From an uncultured Candidatus Saccharibacteria bacterium (GTDB lineage Bacteria; Patescibacteriota; Minisyncoccia; Phycocordibacterales; DATDWN01): a DNA stretch of 64,000 bases. The notes beneath the pieces were generated by a model. It searched no databases. It saw only the letters and a list, made by a program, of their open reading frames with translations, and was not told where the DNA came from. The stretch spans positions 71,274 to 135,273 of the forward strand of contig CAYXZA010000001.1 in the NCBI GenBank assembly GCA_964469605.1, read 5' to 3'. This document shows, piece after piece, positions 9,545 to 19,695 of the stretch (positions are counted from its first letter, which is position 1; every line of letters starts with the position of its first letter). A program made the position numbers and the translations under genes.

Positions 9545-10249
9545 TTAAATCTCCAAGATTAACTTTTCGAGCAAAACTTCACTTTCCCCTTCACCGCTTC
9601 TGGTCATATCTGATATTTCAACTATTTTATCTGAAAGCAGTAAAAGCTCTTCTTTTTTCCAATTTTTAGCAAACAAAATAGCATTTTTATAAGCAAAAGG
9701 AGAAATGGAAAACTCTTTTGGATCTTTTGTGTTTAAACAAAGAAGTATTGTTTTAATTTGCCAAAAAAGAACACCCAATATCTCTTCAGCTTCGACACCA
9801 AAAGAGGTGGCTTTAAAAAAGTTTATCCATAAGTTTTTTTTATCTTTTCTGCCGAGATCATTTGCAAGAGTAAAAACATTAAAAAACTCTTTACTCTCTT
9901 TTTTATCGTAAACTGTAACTTTTTCAAAAAACTTATCCAGAGATTTTCTATCAGAGTCATTTATTTTATCTTCTATAATAAAGAAAATATGTTCACTTTC
10001 TTTGATAGAATTTAAAAGAACATTATCTTTAATATCTATATTTTTTAAAAACACAGAATCTAAAACAACTATATATTTTTTTGAAAATAGTCCTTGAGAA
10101 TTTATCAGCTCTAAAAGTAAATCTAAACTAAAATTATCATCAGTTATCTTGAAAACTTCCGCATCCGGTTTTTTCTTTAACAAATTCTCTGTATTTTTCC
10201 TTACAGCTTCTGTTGTTTTTAACCTATCCCCTAAAAATACATATATCAT
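9545..10249 (-). CDS. holA: DNA polymerase III delta-subunit-like protein
   Basis: N-terminus 'MIYVFLGDRLKT...' and 'KKYIVVLD' fit the HolA pattern (iYlfyGed..; rlvvv). Short form. Confidence 0.45.
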   Translation of the reverse strand: MIYVFLGDRLKTTEAVRKNTENLLKKKPDAEVFKITDDNFSLDLLLELINSQGLFSKKYIVVLDSVFLKNIDIKDNVLLNSIKESEHIFFIIEDKINDSDRKSLDKFFEKVTVYDKKESKEFFNVFTLANDLGRKDKKNLWINFFKATSFGVEAEEILGVLFWQIKTILLCLNTKDPKEFSISPFAYKNAILFAKNWKKEELLLLSDKIVEISDMTRSGEGESEVLLEKLILEI

Positions 10250-10254
10250 AAAAA

Positions 10255-12606
10255 TTAAATTTCAATTTCTGTTGTTTGACCTAAAGATTTTCCAAAAGAT
10301 GCATTTGCTAAAACTTTAACTCCAAAAGTTTCTTTTGAAGATAAAACATTTTCCATTATAGGAATAACATTTTTTACAAACTCTTTGTAAAAATCTTCTG
10401 AAACTTCATAAACCAATTCATCATGAATCTGCATAATAAGAGAAGCTTTTGATGTAAGATTTTCTTTTTTAACAAATTCATCTATTTTTACCATAGCCAG
10501 TTTTATAATATCAGCTTCTGTTCCTTGTATAGGAGCATTTATAGCCATTCTCTCTGCTTGTGATTTTATATACGGAATCCTAGAGTTTATATCTGGAAAA
10601 AATCTTTTTCTACCAAACATTGTTTGTGTAAAACCAATCTGAGATGTTTGGACTTTTACAGATTCCAAATACTGTGCCAAACCAGAAAAAGTATTGAAAT
10701 AGTTATCTAAAAACTCCTCTGCCTCTTCTTTTGAAACTTTTAAATTTTGTTTTAAAGCCAAAACCCCCATACCATACATAACACCAAAATTTATAGTCTT
10801 TGCTTTATTTCTCATATCTTTTGTAACCTCTGATATTGGCACCGCAAATATTTTTGAAGCAACAGATGTGTGTATATCTTCTCCATTTTTAAAAATCTCA
10901 ATCATTTTAGAATCCTCAGACAAGATAGCTGCTATACGGAGCTCCATTTGAGAATAATCAAAAGAAACCAAAACCTTTCCTTTATCGGAAATAAAAGCTT
11001 TTCTTATTTGCCTACCCTCTGGTGTTTTGTTTGGTATATTTTGAATATTTGGATTGGAAGATGCCATCCTACCAGTTACAGCACCTATTTGAATAAATGT
11101 TGTATGTAATCTGTCACCATCATCAAGCATTTGAGGAATTGTGTCTATATATGTTCCGAGAAGTTTCGAATACTCCCTATATTCCAATATTTTATCTATA
11201 ATAATATGCTCATCTTTTAATTTTAAAAGTTCTGATTCTTTTGTTGAAAAACCACCTGTCTTATTTTTCTTTTGACCTTTTATTTTAAGACCCATCTTGT
11301 CAAATAAAACTTCTGAAAGTTGTTTTGGTGAAGATATATTAAACTGTAAACCAGAAAGAGAATATATCTCCTTTTCTAGATCAGAAAGTATTTGATGATA
11401 TTTTAAAGAAAGGTCTTTCAAAAACTCTTTATCAACTTTTACACCAGTTTTATTCATTTTATCTATTATTTCAATCAGAGGTTTTTCTATATTTTCCCAA
11501 ACAAAAGACAAACCTTCTTTTTTTATAAAATCTTCTAAAAATTTTTTTGCATCTTCTTTGTTTTTAGTTTTAGTAAAATCTAAAATAACAGAAATATCTT
11601 CTCCTATCTTGTCTGGGTTTACAACAGCATACATAACCTGTAAAACACTCAGTTCTTCTTTTGAAATATTTATACTCTCTACTTTAAAATTAAATATCTC
11701 TGAAGCTTTTGGTATAAGCGATTTAAAATCCAAACTTTTTAAAAAATCCAAAATTTTGTTTTGATCTACACCAGAAATAAAATCATTTTCAGGTAATGTA
11801 AAATATATAGGAGCATCAACCCTTATGGTAGCTAAAACTTTTGAAAACCTAGCATCATCTATATTTTCAATTATTTTTTCTGCCATTTTAGGACTTATAC
11901 CAATATTTTTCAATGCGACCTTGTCGTCTTTTATTTTTTGTAATCCTTTAAAAATACTTTCTATATCTCCAAACTCTTTTATCAAAGTTGTTGCTGTTTT
12001 TTCCCCAACACCAGAAATACCTATTATATTATCTGATGGGTCCCCTCTTAAACCTTTAAAATCTGGCAAAAGTTTCGGCTGAAATCCAAATCTTTTTACA
12101 ACCTCGGATTGATCATATAAAACAGTGTCATTTATACCTTTTTTTAAAGTATAAACTGTAACTTTTTTATCAGAAACAAGTTGCATAGTGTCCATATCGC
12201 CAGAAGCTATAATAACCCTCAACCCGCTGTCTTTAATCTGGGATATTATTGTTCCGAGCATATCATCAGCTTCAAAACCAGAAGAAGAATATATTGGTAT
12301 GTTAAAAGCATTGCAAATCTCTTTTGAACTTTCTAGCTGAACTTTTAATGCTTCCTCTGTCTCTGCCCTACCCGCTTTATAATCCTTATACGATTTATGT
12401 CTGTATGTCTCTTCTGGAAGATCATAACAGGCACAGATATAATCTGGGTTAAATTCTTTTATTAGTTTAAAAAGAAGTGTGCAAAAACCATAAAGAGCCC
12501 CAACTGGCTTGCCATCTTTTGATACAAAATCTGGCAAAGCATGATATGCCCTATGTAAAATAGCATGAGAATCTAAAAGTATTAATGTTTTTTCTTTTTT
12601 TGTCAT
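10255..12606 (-). CDS. polA: DNA polymerase I (5'-3' exonuclease + polymerase domains)
   Basis: N-terminal 5'-nuclease 'LILLDSHAILHRAYHAL' and polymerase motifs 'RRQIRKAFI', 'INFGVMYGMG', 'QIHDELVYEV'. At 783 aa, the 3'-5' exonuclease region is reduced. Confidence 0.9.
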   Translation of the reverse strand: MTKKEKTLILLDSHAILHRAYHALPDFVSKDGKPVGALYGFCTLLFKLIKEFNPDYICACYDLPEETYRHKSYKDYKAGRAETEEALKVQLESSKEICNAFNIPIYSSSGFEADDMLGTIISQIKDSGLRVIIASGDMDTMQLVSDKKVTVYTLKKGINDTVLYDQSEVVKRFGFQPKLLPDFKGLRGDPSDNIIGISGVGEKTATTLIKEFGDIESIFKGLQKIKDDKVALKNIGISPKMAEKIIENIDDARFSKVLATIRVDAPIYFTLPENDFISGVDQNKILDFLKSLDFKSLIPKASEIFNFKVESINISKEELSVLQVMYAVVNPDKIGEDISVILDFTKTKNKEDAKKFLEDFIKKEGLSFVWENIEKPLIEIIDKMNKTGVKVDKEFLKDLSLKYHQILSDLEKEIYSLSGLQFNISSPKQLSEVLFDKMGLKIKGQKKNKTGGFSTKESELLKLKDEHIIIDKILEYREYSKLLGTYIDTIPQMLDDGDRLHTTFIQIGAVTGRMASSNPNIQNIPNKTPEGRQIRKAFISDKGKVLVSFDYSQMELRIAAILSEDSKMIEIFKNGEDIHTSVASKIFAVPISEVTKDMRNKAKTINFGVMYGMGVLALKQNLKVSKEEAEEFLDNYFNTFSGLAQYLESVKVQTSQIGFTQTMFGRKRFFPDINSRIPYIKSQAERMAINAPIQGTEADIIKLAMVKIDEFVKKENLTSKASLIMQIHDELVYEVSEDFYKEFVKNVIPIMENVLSSKETFGVKVLANASFGKSLGQTTEIEI

Positions 12607-13043
12607 TTTTTTATTTCTATAATTCTAGCATTTTCATTTTCAGAAATAGGGTTTATAAAAACTTTAAGATCTTCGTTTATCAAATCAGATATTTTCTCTG
12701 GCCACTCTATAAAAACTATATTGTTTTTATCTTTCAAAATTTCACTTAAACCTAAAAAGGTTATTTCTTTTGAATTCTCTATTCTATAAGCATCTATATG
12801 AACCAAGTTTTTCCAATTGAGATTGTTTATCTCATAGATTTTCATAATTACAAAAGTTGGACTGATTATGTTTTCAGTTAAACCAAATTTTTTACAAACA
12901 GCTTTTACAAAAGCCGTTTTTCCTGCCCCAAGATTTCCGTAAAGACCAACCAAAAAAGCTCCATTTTCTTTCTTGTCCAGTCCGGAAACAAAATCAGAGA
13001 CAAAATCATTAAACTCATCTATATTTAAAACTTCTTTTTTCAT
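12603..13043 (-). CDS. tsaE: tRNA threonylcarbamoyladenosine biosynthesis protein TsaE
   Basis: P-loop 'GNLGAGKT' followed by 'SPTFVIMKIYE' and 'HIDAYRIE', the TsaE/YjeE hallmarks. Confidence 0.8.
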   Translation of the reverse strand: MKKEVLNIDEFNDFVSDFVSGLDKKENGAFLVGLYGNLGAGKTAFVKAVCKKFGLTENIISPTFVIMKIYEINNLNWKNLVHIDAYRIENSKEITFLGLSEILKDKNNIVFIEWPEKISDLINEDLKVFINPISENENARIIEIKK

Positions 13044-13101
13044 ATATATTTATATTAACAAAAAAGGGCCAAAAGCCCCATTTTTACAAATTTTAGATTT
13101 T

Positions 13102-13881
13102 TTATCTTACAATGATAATCCGATCGTGTAGACCGGTATTGTAACCCCAATTTCCTTCAATATACAAATCAGAAATCGTTCTATTAAATGAACTATCTCC
13201 TTGTTTGGTTATTAAAAGAGAAATGTATTTACCATTACGATCATCATTCATACCCAAATACAGATAAAATGTTACAGATCCTCCAGAACAAAGACCTTTA
13301 ATAATCGTCCCCAAAGAAGGAGAATTTACATCTATACTAGAATCTGTTTGGTTTTGTATCCTAACAGCAAGACCGTACCTATGGTATAATCCAAATTTTT
13401 TGATTTTTTGATATTTTAGATTTATGTAAACATCACTTAAAGAACAACCATCAAGATTTGAATTTGTTTCAACTCTTGCTTGTTCTTCTTTTTCTCTTCT
13501 TACTCTTTGGATCCTATTTTCTTGAGCTTTTCGAAATCTTTTATTTTTATCTTCTAATATGTTGAGAATTTTTTTCCAATACTTAATCTTTTTTTTCGGC
13601 TTCGGTTTTTGTTTCTCAAGACTATCCACAAAAACAGAAACTTCTTTTAAACAACTGGTGATTTTTGTTGAATTTAAAAAAGATTCATTCGCCGTTTGAA
13701 TACAACCACTTGGTTCATAATTAGAAATAGATTTTGACGAAGTATTGTTATCCATAACCGTAGCAGAATTGCTTTCTGTGTTTTTGGCATTCTTGGGTAA
13801 ATATTCTGGATTTATTCGCTGACCATATAAACTTATTTGTAAAAAAACAATAAAGAGAAAAATAGTCTTTCTCATATCCAA
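13102..13881 (-). CDS. hypothetical exported protein
   Basis: N-terminal signal, lysine/arginine-rich central coiled coil, small hairpin + T-run terminator downstream. Confidence 0.45.
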   Translation of the reverse strand: MDMRKTIFLFIVFLQISLYGQRINPEYLPKNAKNTESNSATVMDNNTSSKSISNYEPSGCIQTANESFLNSTKITSCLKEVSVFVDSLEKQKPKPKKKIKYWKKILNILEDKNKRFRKAQENRIQRVRREKEEQARVETNSNLDGCSLSDVYINLKYQKIKKFGLYHRYGLAVRIQNQTDSSIDVNSPSLGTIIKGLCSGGSVTFYLYLGMNDDRNGKYISLLITKQGDSSFNRTISDLYIEGNWGYNTGLHDRIIIVR

Positions 13882-13976
13882 CTAATCAATACCACAAAAA
13901 CAAATTTTTGTAAACAAAAGATGTCTCTTCAAACAACACAAAAGACTTTTTTAAAAAAACAAGTTATAATATCTAA

Positions 13977-15650
13977 ATGATAGATTTTAATGAAGACAAG
14001 CAAAATCAGAAAATATCTGATTTACACAAAATAGAAGAAGAAGAGCTAACTAGTAAAATGGCTGTTAAATATGGTCTTCCATATATTGACCTGTCTGTAA
14101 CTCCTATAAATATTGATTCTTTGAGATTTATATCAGAAATAGAGTCAAGATCTTCTCAAATAGCTGTTTTTGATCATGCAGATAAAAATGTAAACATAGC
14201 AATCATATCCCCTCAAAACACGGACAGCATTGATTCAATAAAAAAATTGCAAGAAAAAGGTTTTAACACAAAAATCTTTATGGCTTCACATTCCAGCTTA
14301 AATAAAGTTTGGGACAGATATAAAGATCTCTCATACTCTTTTGAAACAAAAAGTGGAGCACTCGATATTTCAAACGAAGAGATAACTGATTTTCTAAAAG
14401 AAGTTCATAGTATATCAGATGTTGCAACTTTGATAAAAGATGTTTTGGAAATGAAAAAAAGTTACAGAATATCAAAAATATTAGAAATAATCCTAGCCGG
14501 AGCAATAAGTATAGGTAGCTCAGATATACACATAGAACCAGAAGAAAACTATGTACGAATAAGATACAGACTGGATGGTATGTTATCCGACATAACAGAA
14601 TTTGATAAAGAAACTTTTAAACTTTTACTTTCCAGAATCAAACTAATATCAAACTTAAAATTAAATATCAACTCTGCACAAGATGGTAGATTTAGTATTA
14701 AAATTTCTAATTCTGAAATAGAAATAAGAACATCTCTTTTGCCTGGTGCTTATGGAGAGTCTATTGTTATGAGAGTTTTAAATCCGAACTCAATATCAAT
14801 ACCACTTGAAAATCTTTATATAGATAAAAAAATACTAGATACCCTACTAGAACAAATTCAAAGACCAAACGGTATGATACTAAACACTGGCCCAACAGGA
14901 TCAGGTAAAACAACAACACTTTATGCCTTCTTAAAAAAAGTTCATATCCCAGGTATAAAAATAATAACAATTGAAAATCCGGTTGAATACCACCTTCCTG
15001 GAATAGTTCAAACTCAAACAGATGAAAAATCTGGTTACAATTTTGCTTCTGGACTTAGAAGTGCTCTTCGTCAAGACCCTGATATTATAATGGTTGGTGA
15101 AATAAGAGACGAAGAAACCGCTGGTATTGCAATAAACTCTGCTTTGACAGGTCACCTAGTATTCTCCACCCTACACACAAACTCTGCAGCTGGAACTTTT
15201 CCTAGACTTATAGATCTTGGAGTAAATCCAAAAGTTTTAGGATCTGCAATAAATGTTGCAATGGCACAAAGACTTGTTAGAAAACTTTGTGATGATTGTA
15301 AAGAAAAAAATAAATTATCAGAAAAAGAATTGATAAGAGTTAAAGATGTTTTAAATGGTATATATGACAAAAAATATACAGAAAATATTTCATTTGAAAA
15401 TGTTTTTAAAGCCACAGGTTGTCAAAAGTGCAATAACACAGGATACAAAGGAAGAATTGGAATTTATGAACTGATTGTTATGGATGAAAAAGTTGATGAT
15501 ATTATAAAAAAAGGAGGTAGTGAAAGAGAAATTCAAGAGACAACAAGAGAGCAAGGATTTTTATCAATGTCAGAAGATGGTATTTTAAAAGTTTTGCAAG
15601 GATTAACAACAATGGAAGAATTGGACAGAATAATTGATTTAAAAGATTAG
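13977..15650 (+). CDS. pilB: type II secretion / type IV pilus assembly ATPase (GspE/PilB family)
   Basis: Walker A 'GPTGSGKTTT', the Asp/His boxes 'MVGEIRDEET...TGHLVFSTLHTN', and a tetracysteine motif 'CDDC...CQKC'. Confidence 0.85.
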   Translation: MIDFNEDKQNQKISDLHKIEEEELTSKMAVKYGLPYIDLSVTPINIDSLRFISEIESRSSQIAVFDHADKNVNIAIISPQNTDSIDSIKKLQEKGFNTKIFMASHSSLNKVWDRYKDLSYSFETKSGALDISNEEITDFLKEVHSISDVATLIKDVLEMKKSYRISKILEIILAGAISIGSSDIHIEPEENYVRIRYRLDGMLSDITEFDKETFKLLLSRIKLISNLKLNINSAQDGRFSIKISNSEIEIRTSLLPGAYGESIVMRVLNPNSISIPLENLYIDKKILDTLLEQIQRPNGMILNTGPTGSGKTTTLYAFLKKVHIPGIKIITIENPVEYHLPGIVQTQTDEKSGYNFASGLRSALRQDPDIIMVGEIRDEETAGIAINSALTGHLVFSTLHTNSAAGTFPRLIDLGVNPKVLGSAINVAMAQRLVRKLCDDCKEKNKLSEKELIRVKDVLNGIYDKKYTENISFENVFKATGCQKCNNTGYKGRIGIYELIVMDEKVDDIIKKGGSEREIQETTREQGFLSMSEDGILKVLQGLTTMEELDRIIDLKD

Positions 15651-15764
15651 ATAAAAACTGTAAAACAGCTTTGCTATAAAGAAAAGTTTAATGTTTAATA
15701 CAAAAAAAGCCTTGCAAGAGACTTTTATTTGTGAATAATTTATATATAGATCTTTTAAAAACAA

Positions 15765-15932
15765 GTTCAAGAGATAAATCTCTAAACGACACTTTAAATA
15801 TTTAAATAAATAAAGCAAAGTGATTAACTAAGGATAGTCACAGAGTACACAAAGTGTATCCAGAACGTCCTCGTGAATACACTCGTAAATCCGGAAGGGA
15901 TTCAGTCGTTTAGAGATTTATACCTTGAAAAC
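15765..15932. repeat. inverted-repeat-bounded element (17-bp perfect IR, ~25 bp with extensions); candidate small structured RNA or MITE
   Basis: 5' arm ATAAATCTCTAAACGAC (15774-15790) and 3' arm GTCGTTTAGAGATTTAT (15905-15921) are exact reverse complements. The ~115-nt interior contains GTACAC-aaa-GTGTAT and a GNRA hairpin AATCC-GGAA-GGGATT. Confidence 0.4.
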
Positions 15933-16012
15933 AAAATTATTTCAAAAAGCAAAATTAAAAAGCAGTCTTAAATCAAAGTGCTTTACCGTAAGTTTATCAT
16001 AAAATACTTTTT

Positions 16013-17029
16013 ATGTCAAGAACAGAACCTGAAAACAATTTAAACAATAAGACACCAGAAGACGGTCTTTTTTTAGATACAGCCCTTAGGCCATCTGTTT
16101 GGGACGAGTATATAGGTCAAGAAAATATAAAAAACAACTTATCTATACTATTGACTGCTGCAAAAGAAAGAAGTCACCCACCAGAGCATATACTATTTTA
16201 CGGACCTCCTGGACTAGGAAAAACTACACTGGCACACCTTATAGCAAAACACTTAAATGCACAAATGAAAATAACATCTGGGCCAGCCATAGAAAAAGTC
16301 GGTGATCTTGCTTCTATACTGACAAACCTTTCTTCAGGAGATATTCTCTTTATTGATGAGATACACAGGTTAAATAAAAATATAGAAGAAGTTTTATACC
16401 CCGCTATGGAGTCTGGTTCTCTTGATATAATAATAGGTAAAGGACCAAGTGCAAGGACAATACAGTTAGAACTACCACCATTTACCCTCATAGGAGCAAC
16501 AACAAAAATAGCATCTCTTTCCTCCCCTCTTCGCTCTCGTTTTTCTGGTGGAATATTTAAACTAGAATTTTATACAAACGAAGAAATACAAAAAATAATA
16601 GAAAGATCAGCAAAAATATTAAAAGTTAATATAGATAAAGAAGGATCTATGGAGATCGCAAAGAGATCAAGATTTACACCAAGAACAGCAAATTATTTTC
16701 TAAAAAGAGTTAGAGATTTTGGACAGGTTAATAAAAAAGATTTAGATAGAGAAATAGTCGATAATGCACTAAACCTTTTAGGAATTGATCAAAAAGGATT
16801 AACCTCAGCCGATAGAGAGATTTTAAACACAATAATAGAAAAATTTTCAGGTGGCCCAGTAGGATTAAACACCATTGCATCTTCTCTTTCAGAAGAAGAG
16901 GAAACAATAGAAGTTTTCAATGAACCTTACCTTATGCAAATTGGGTTTATAGAAAGAACCCCACGAGGAAGAATTGTTACAGAACACGGATATATTCATC
17001 TAGGTAAAACTCCTCCTCAGATTTTTTAA
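16013..17029 (+). CDS. ruvB: Holliday junction branch-migration ATPase RuvB
   Basis: AAA+ Walker A 'GPPGLGKTTLAHLIA', Walker B 'ILFIDEIHRL', sensor and C-terminal winged-helix region; ~338 aa. Confidence 0.9.
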   Translation: MSRTEPENNLNNKTPEDGLFLDTALRPSVWDEYIGQENIKNNLSILLTAAKERSHPPEHILFYGPPGLGKTTLAHLIAKHLNAQMKITSGPAIEKVGDLASILTNLSSGDILFIDEIHRLNKNIEEVLYPAMESGSLDIIIGKGPSARTIQLELPPFTLIGATTKIASLSSPLRSRFSGGIFKLEFYTNEEIQKIIERSAKILKVNIDKEGSMEIAKRSRFTPRTANYFLKRVRDFGQVNKKDLDREIVDNALNLLGIDQKGLTSADREILNTIIEKFSGGPVGLNTIASSLSEEEETIEVFNEPYLMQIGFIERTPRGRIVTEHGYIHLGKTPPQIF

Positions 17030-17106
17030 TTAACAAAATGGTAATTATATTTAACTTGATATTAATATTTAAATTTTGTAGTCTTAAATTATAATAATTT
17101 AAATAT

Positions 17107-17637
17107 ATGGCTGGACATAATAAATGGTCAAAAATAAAAAGACAAAAAGAAAAAACTGATGCACAAAAATCAAAGATTTTTGGCAAAATGGTTAGACTTA
17201 TAACAGTTGAGGCAAAAAAAGCTGGTGGCAACCTACAATCCCCTGGACTTAAAAATGCAATAGAAAAAGCAAGAGAAGCAAATGTTCCAAATGATAATAT
17301 AGAAAGAGCTATTAAAAAATCAACCGAGGCAGATGCTCAAATGGAGTCTATTATATATGAAAGTTATGGACCTGGCGGTTGTGGAATTGTAATAGAAGCC
17401 CTTACAGAAAACCGAAACAAGGCAGCACAGGAAATAAAACATATATTGTCTAAAAATGGTTTTTCACTTGCAGGTATAGGTTCTGTTACTTGGGCATTTC
17501 AAAAAAACTCGGATATGGAGTGGATTCCAACAACCACAATCCCTCTGTCAGACGAAGATGGTGAAAAACTTTCTTTACTTGTTGACGAACTAGAAGAAAA
17601 CGATGAAGTGCAAAATGTTTGGACTAATGCCGACTAA
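17107..17637 (+). CDS. yebC: YebC/PmpR-family DNA-binding regulator (short form)
   Basis: Invariant N-terminus 'MAGHNKWSKIKRQK...'. It lies between ruvB and ruvC as in many bacteria. 176 aa is shorter than the typical ~240 aa. Confidence 0.8.
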   Translation: MAGHNKWSKIKRQKEKTDAQKSKIFGKMVRLITVEAKKAGGNLQSPGLKNAIEKAREANVPNDNIERAIKKSTEADAQMESIIYESYGPGGCGIVIEALTENRNKAAQEIKHILSKNGFSLAGIGSVTWAFQKNSDMEWIPTTTIPLSDEDGEKLSLLVDELEENDEVQNVWTNAD

Positions 17638-17643
17638 TTTTAT

Positions 17644-18114
17644 ATGAAAATTATTTCTATTGACCCTGGGTTTGAAAGAGTAGGTATTGCAGTTTTAGAA
17701 AAAAATCAAAAAGAAAATCTTTTGTTTTCAGAATGTTTTAAAACAAAAAGTTCTGAAAAACACGAAGATAGGTTGTTTAAAATAGGACAAGAAATACAAA
17801 AAATAATAGAGGGATACAAACCAGAGTATTTGGTTATAGAAAAACTGTTTTTTAATACAAACCAAAAAACAATTATAGGTGTAGCAGAAGCAAGAGGAGT
17901 AATACTGTATCAAGCCAGTTTAAATGGTTTAAAAATAAGTGAATTTACACCACTTCAAGTAAAAGTCGCTGTTACAGGTTATGGTAGAAGTGAAAAAAAA
18001 CAAGTAGAAACTATGGTTTGTAAAATACTTAAAATAGAACCAAAAAAAACATCTGACGATGAGTTTGATGCCATAGCACTAGGTCTTACATTTTTTGCAC
18101 ATTTTAGGGTTTAA
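17644..18114 (+). CDS. ruvC: crossover junction endodeoxyribonuclease RuvC
   Basis: 'MKIISIDPGFERVGIAVLE' RNase-H-fold start with catalytic D7 and E66-like residues; ~156 aa. Confidence 0.85.
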   Translation: MKIISIDPGFERVGIAVLEKNQKENLLFSECFKTKSSEKHEDRLFKIGQEIQKIIEGYKPEYLVIEKLFFNTNQKTIIGVAEARGVILYQASLNGLKISEFTPLQVKVAVTGYGRSEKKQVETMVCKILKIEPKKTSDDEFDAIALGLTFFAHFRV

Positions 18115-18190
18115 ATATCCACATTTGCAAAAAATTTAGTTTTTTGATAAAAATTATTGAAATCAATTTTTAAAGATTTAAAATAAAAAT

Positions 18191-18469
18191 ATGAAGAAAA
18201 AAGACAACAAAAAAAATAAAAAAATAGAGGAAGATGAAGAAGAGGAAGGTGAAGAAAAACTTGATATGAGTGATGGGCCGAGAGATCCAATGGATAATGA
18301 TAATAATGATGATGACGATGATATAGATCCTAAAAAATTAAAAGATATTGGACTGCATATAGAAGAAGAACCAACTGATGATGATGTTGAATTTAAAGAA
18401 GTAGAAGAAGATGAAGAGGATGAAGAAGAGGGAGATTGGGATGATTTTGATGACGATGAAAGTTGGTAA
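18191..18469 (+). CDS. small extremely acidic (Asp/Glu-rich) protein
   Basis: 92 aa with more than 50% D/E over the C-terminal two thirds ('DNDNNDDDDDID', 'EEDEEDEEEGDWDDFDDDESW'). Confidence 0.5.
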   Translation: MKKKDNKKNKKIEEDEEEEGEEKLDMSDGPRDPMDNDNNDDDDDIDPKKLKDIGLHIEEEPTDDDVEFKEVEEDEEDEEEGDWDDFDDDESW

Positions 18470-18472
18470 AAA

Positions 18473-19654
18473 TTATATTATTTTAATAAATCTCCTTTTA
18501 CCAACACGATAAACACCCTTTTGGGTGTTTTCATTAAAATCAGAAACTATTCTTTTTTCATCAACAAAGAAGATAGCCTTCTCTGAAACTAATTTTTTAA
18601 ACTCCCCTTTTGATGAAACTATATTATTTTCAATTAAAACATCTGAAAGTTTTCCTTTTGAAAAAACCTCAATAACATTGTCTGGAACACCACCTTCTGT
18701 AAAAACTTTATGAAAATTTATAAAAGCTATATCTGCCTCTTCTTTACTATGATACATAGAAACTATTTCCTTTGCCAAAGCAACTTTAACATCTTTGAAA
18801 TTTGATTTTTCTTTTAGATCTTTTGATATTGATTCAATAACACCTATTGGTAAATCTGTGCATAATTTGTAATAATCAATAATCAAATCATCTCTAATAG
18901 ACATAACCTTACCAAACATATCATTTGGTTTATCTGTTATGTTTATAACATTACCCCAGGATGTAGACATTTTTCTACCATCTGTTCCTAAAAGCATTGA
19001 GACAGTTAATACATCTTGTTCTTTCATTCCATAATGTTTTTGGACTATCCTACCTGCTTTTAAATTGAAAAGTTGATCAAAACCACCAAGCTCAACATCT
19101 GATCTTACAGCAACAGAATCATATCCTTGCATAAGTGGGTATAAAAACTCTCTCAAAGAAACTTCTTCGCCTTTATCTAACCTATCTTTAAAATTTCTCC
19201 TGTTTGACATTTGTTGAACAGAAAAACTTTCAGCCAATTCGGTTATCTCTTGAAAACCAAGTTTTGAAAGCCATTTACTATTAAAATGAAATTCAGCTTT
19301 TTCTATATCTATTATTTTACCAACTTGTTTTTTGTAATCTTTTAAATTATTTTTTATAACATCTTTTGTTAACATTGGTCTTTTAGAAAGTTTGTCAGAC
19401 GGATCTCCTACTTGTGCAGTAAAATCACCAACAATAAAAACAACTTGATGTCCTAAATCCTGAAAAGCCTTTAATTTTCTTAATATAACAGCTCTTCCTA
19501 TGTGTATTTGTGATCCAGTGGGATCAAAACCTAGTTTAACCCTTAACTTCTCTCCTGAAAGCAGTCTTTTTTCTAAATTTTCTTTAACAAAAACATCTTC
19601 AACACCTCTTGTTAAAATTTCTTTTACTTTATTTATGTTTGTATCTATTTTCAT
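18473..19654 (-). CDS. tyrS: tyrosyl-tRNA synthetase
   Basis: Class I motifs 'GFDPTGSQIHIGRAV' (HIGH-like) and 'KMSTSWGN' (KMSKS), with a C-terminal S4-like segment. Confidence 0.9.
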   Translation of the reverse strand: MKIDTNINKVKEILTRGVEDVFVKENLEKRLLSGEKLRVKLGFDPTGSQIHIGRAVILRKLKAFQDLGHQVVFIVGDFTAQVGDPSDKLSKRPMLTKDVIKNNLKDYKKQVGKIIDIEKAEFHFNSKWLSKLGFQEITELAESFSVQQMSNRRNFKDRLDKGEEVSLREFLYPLMQGYDSVAVRSDVELGGFDQLFNLKAGRIVQKHYGMKEQDVLTVSMLLGTDGRKMSTSWGNVINITDKPNDMFGKVMSIRDDLIIDYYKLCTDLPIGVIESISKDLKEKSNFKDVKVALAKEIVSMYHSKEEADIAFINFHKVFTEGGVPDNVIEVFSKGKLSDVLIENNIVSSKGEFKKLVSEKAIFFVDEKRIVSDFNENTQKGVYRVGKRRFIKII

Positions 19655-19695
19655 TGTTATTGTTATTATAACATAAAAAATGCTATATTGATACT

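Noticed and set aside
15765-15932. SRP (4.5S) RNA assignment based on the UCC-GGAA-GGGAUU hairpin
   Set aside because: In SRP RNA the GNRA hairpin is the apex of one long helix. Here it is adjacent to the 3' closing arm with ~80 nt of other structure on the 5' side, so the topology does not fit. Left as a candidate ncRNA or MITE.
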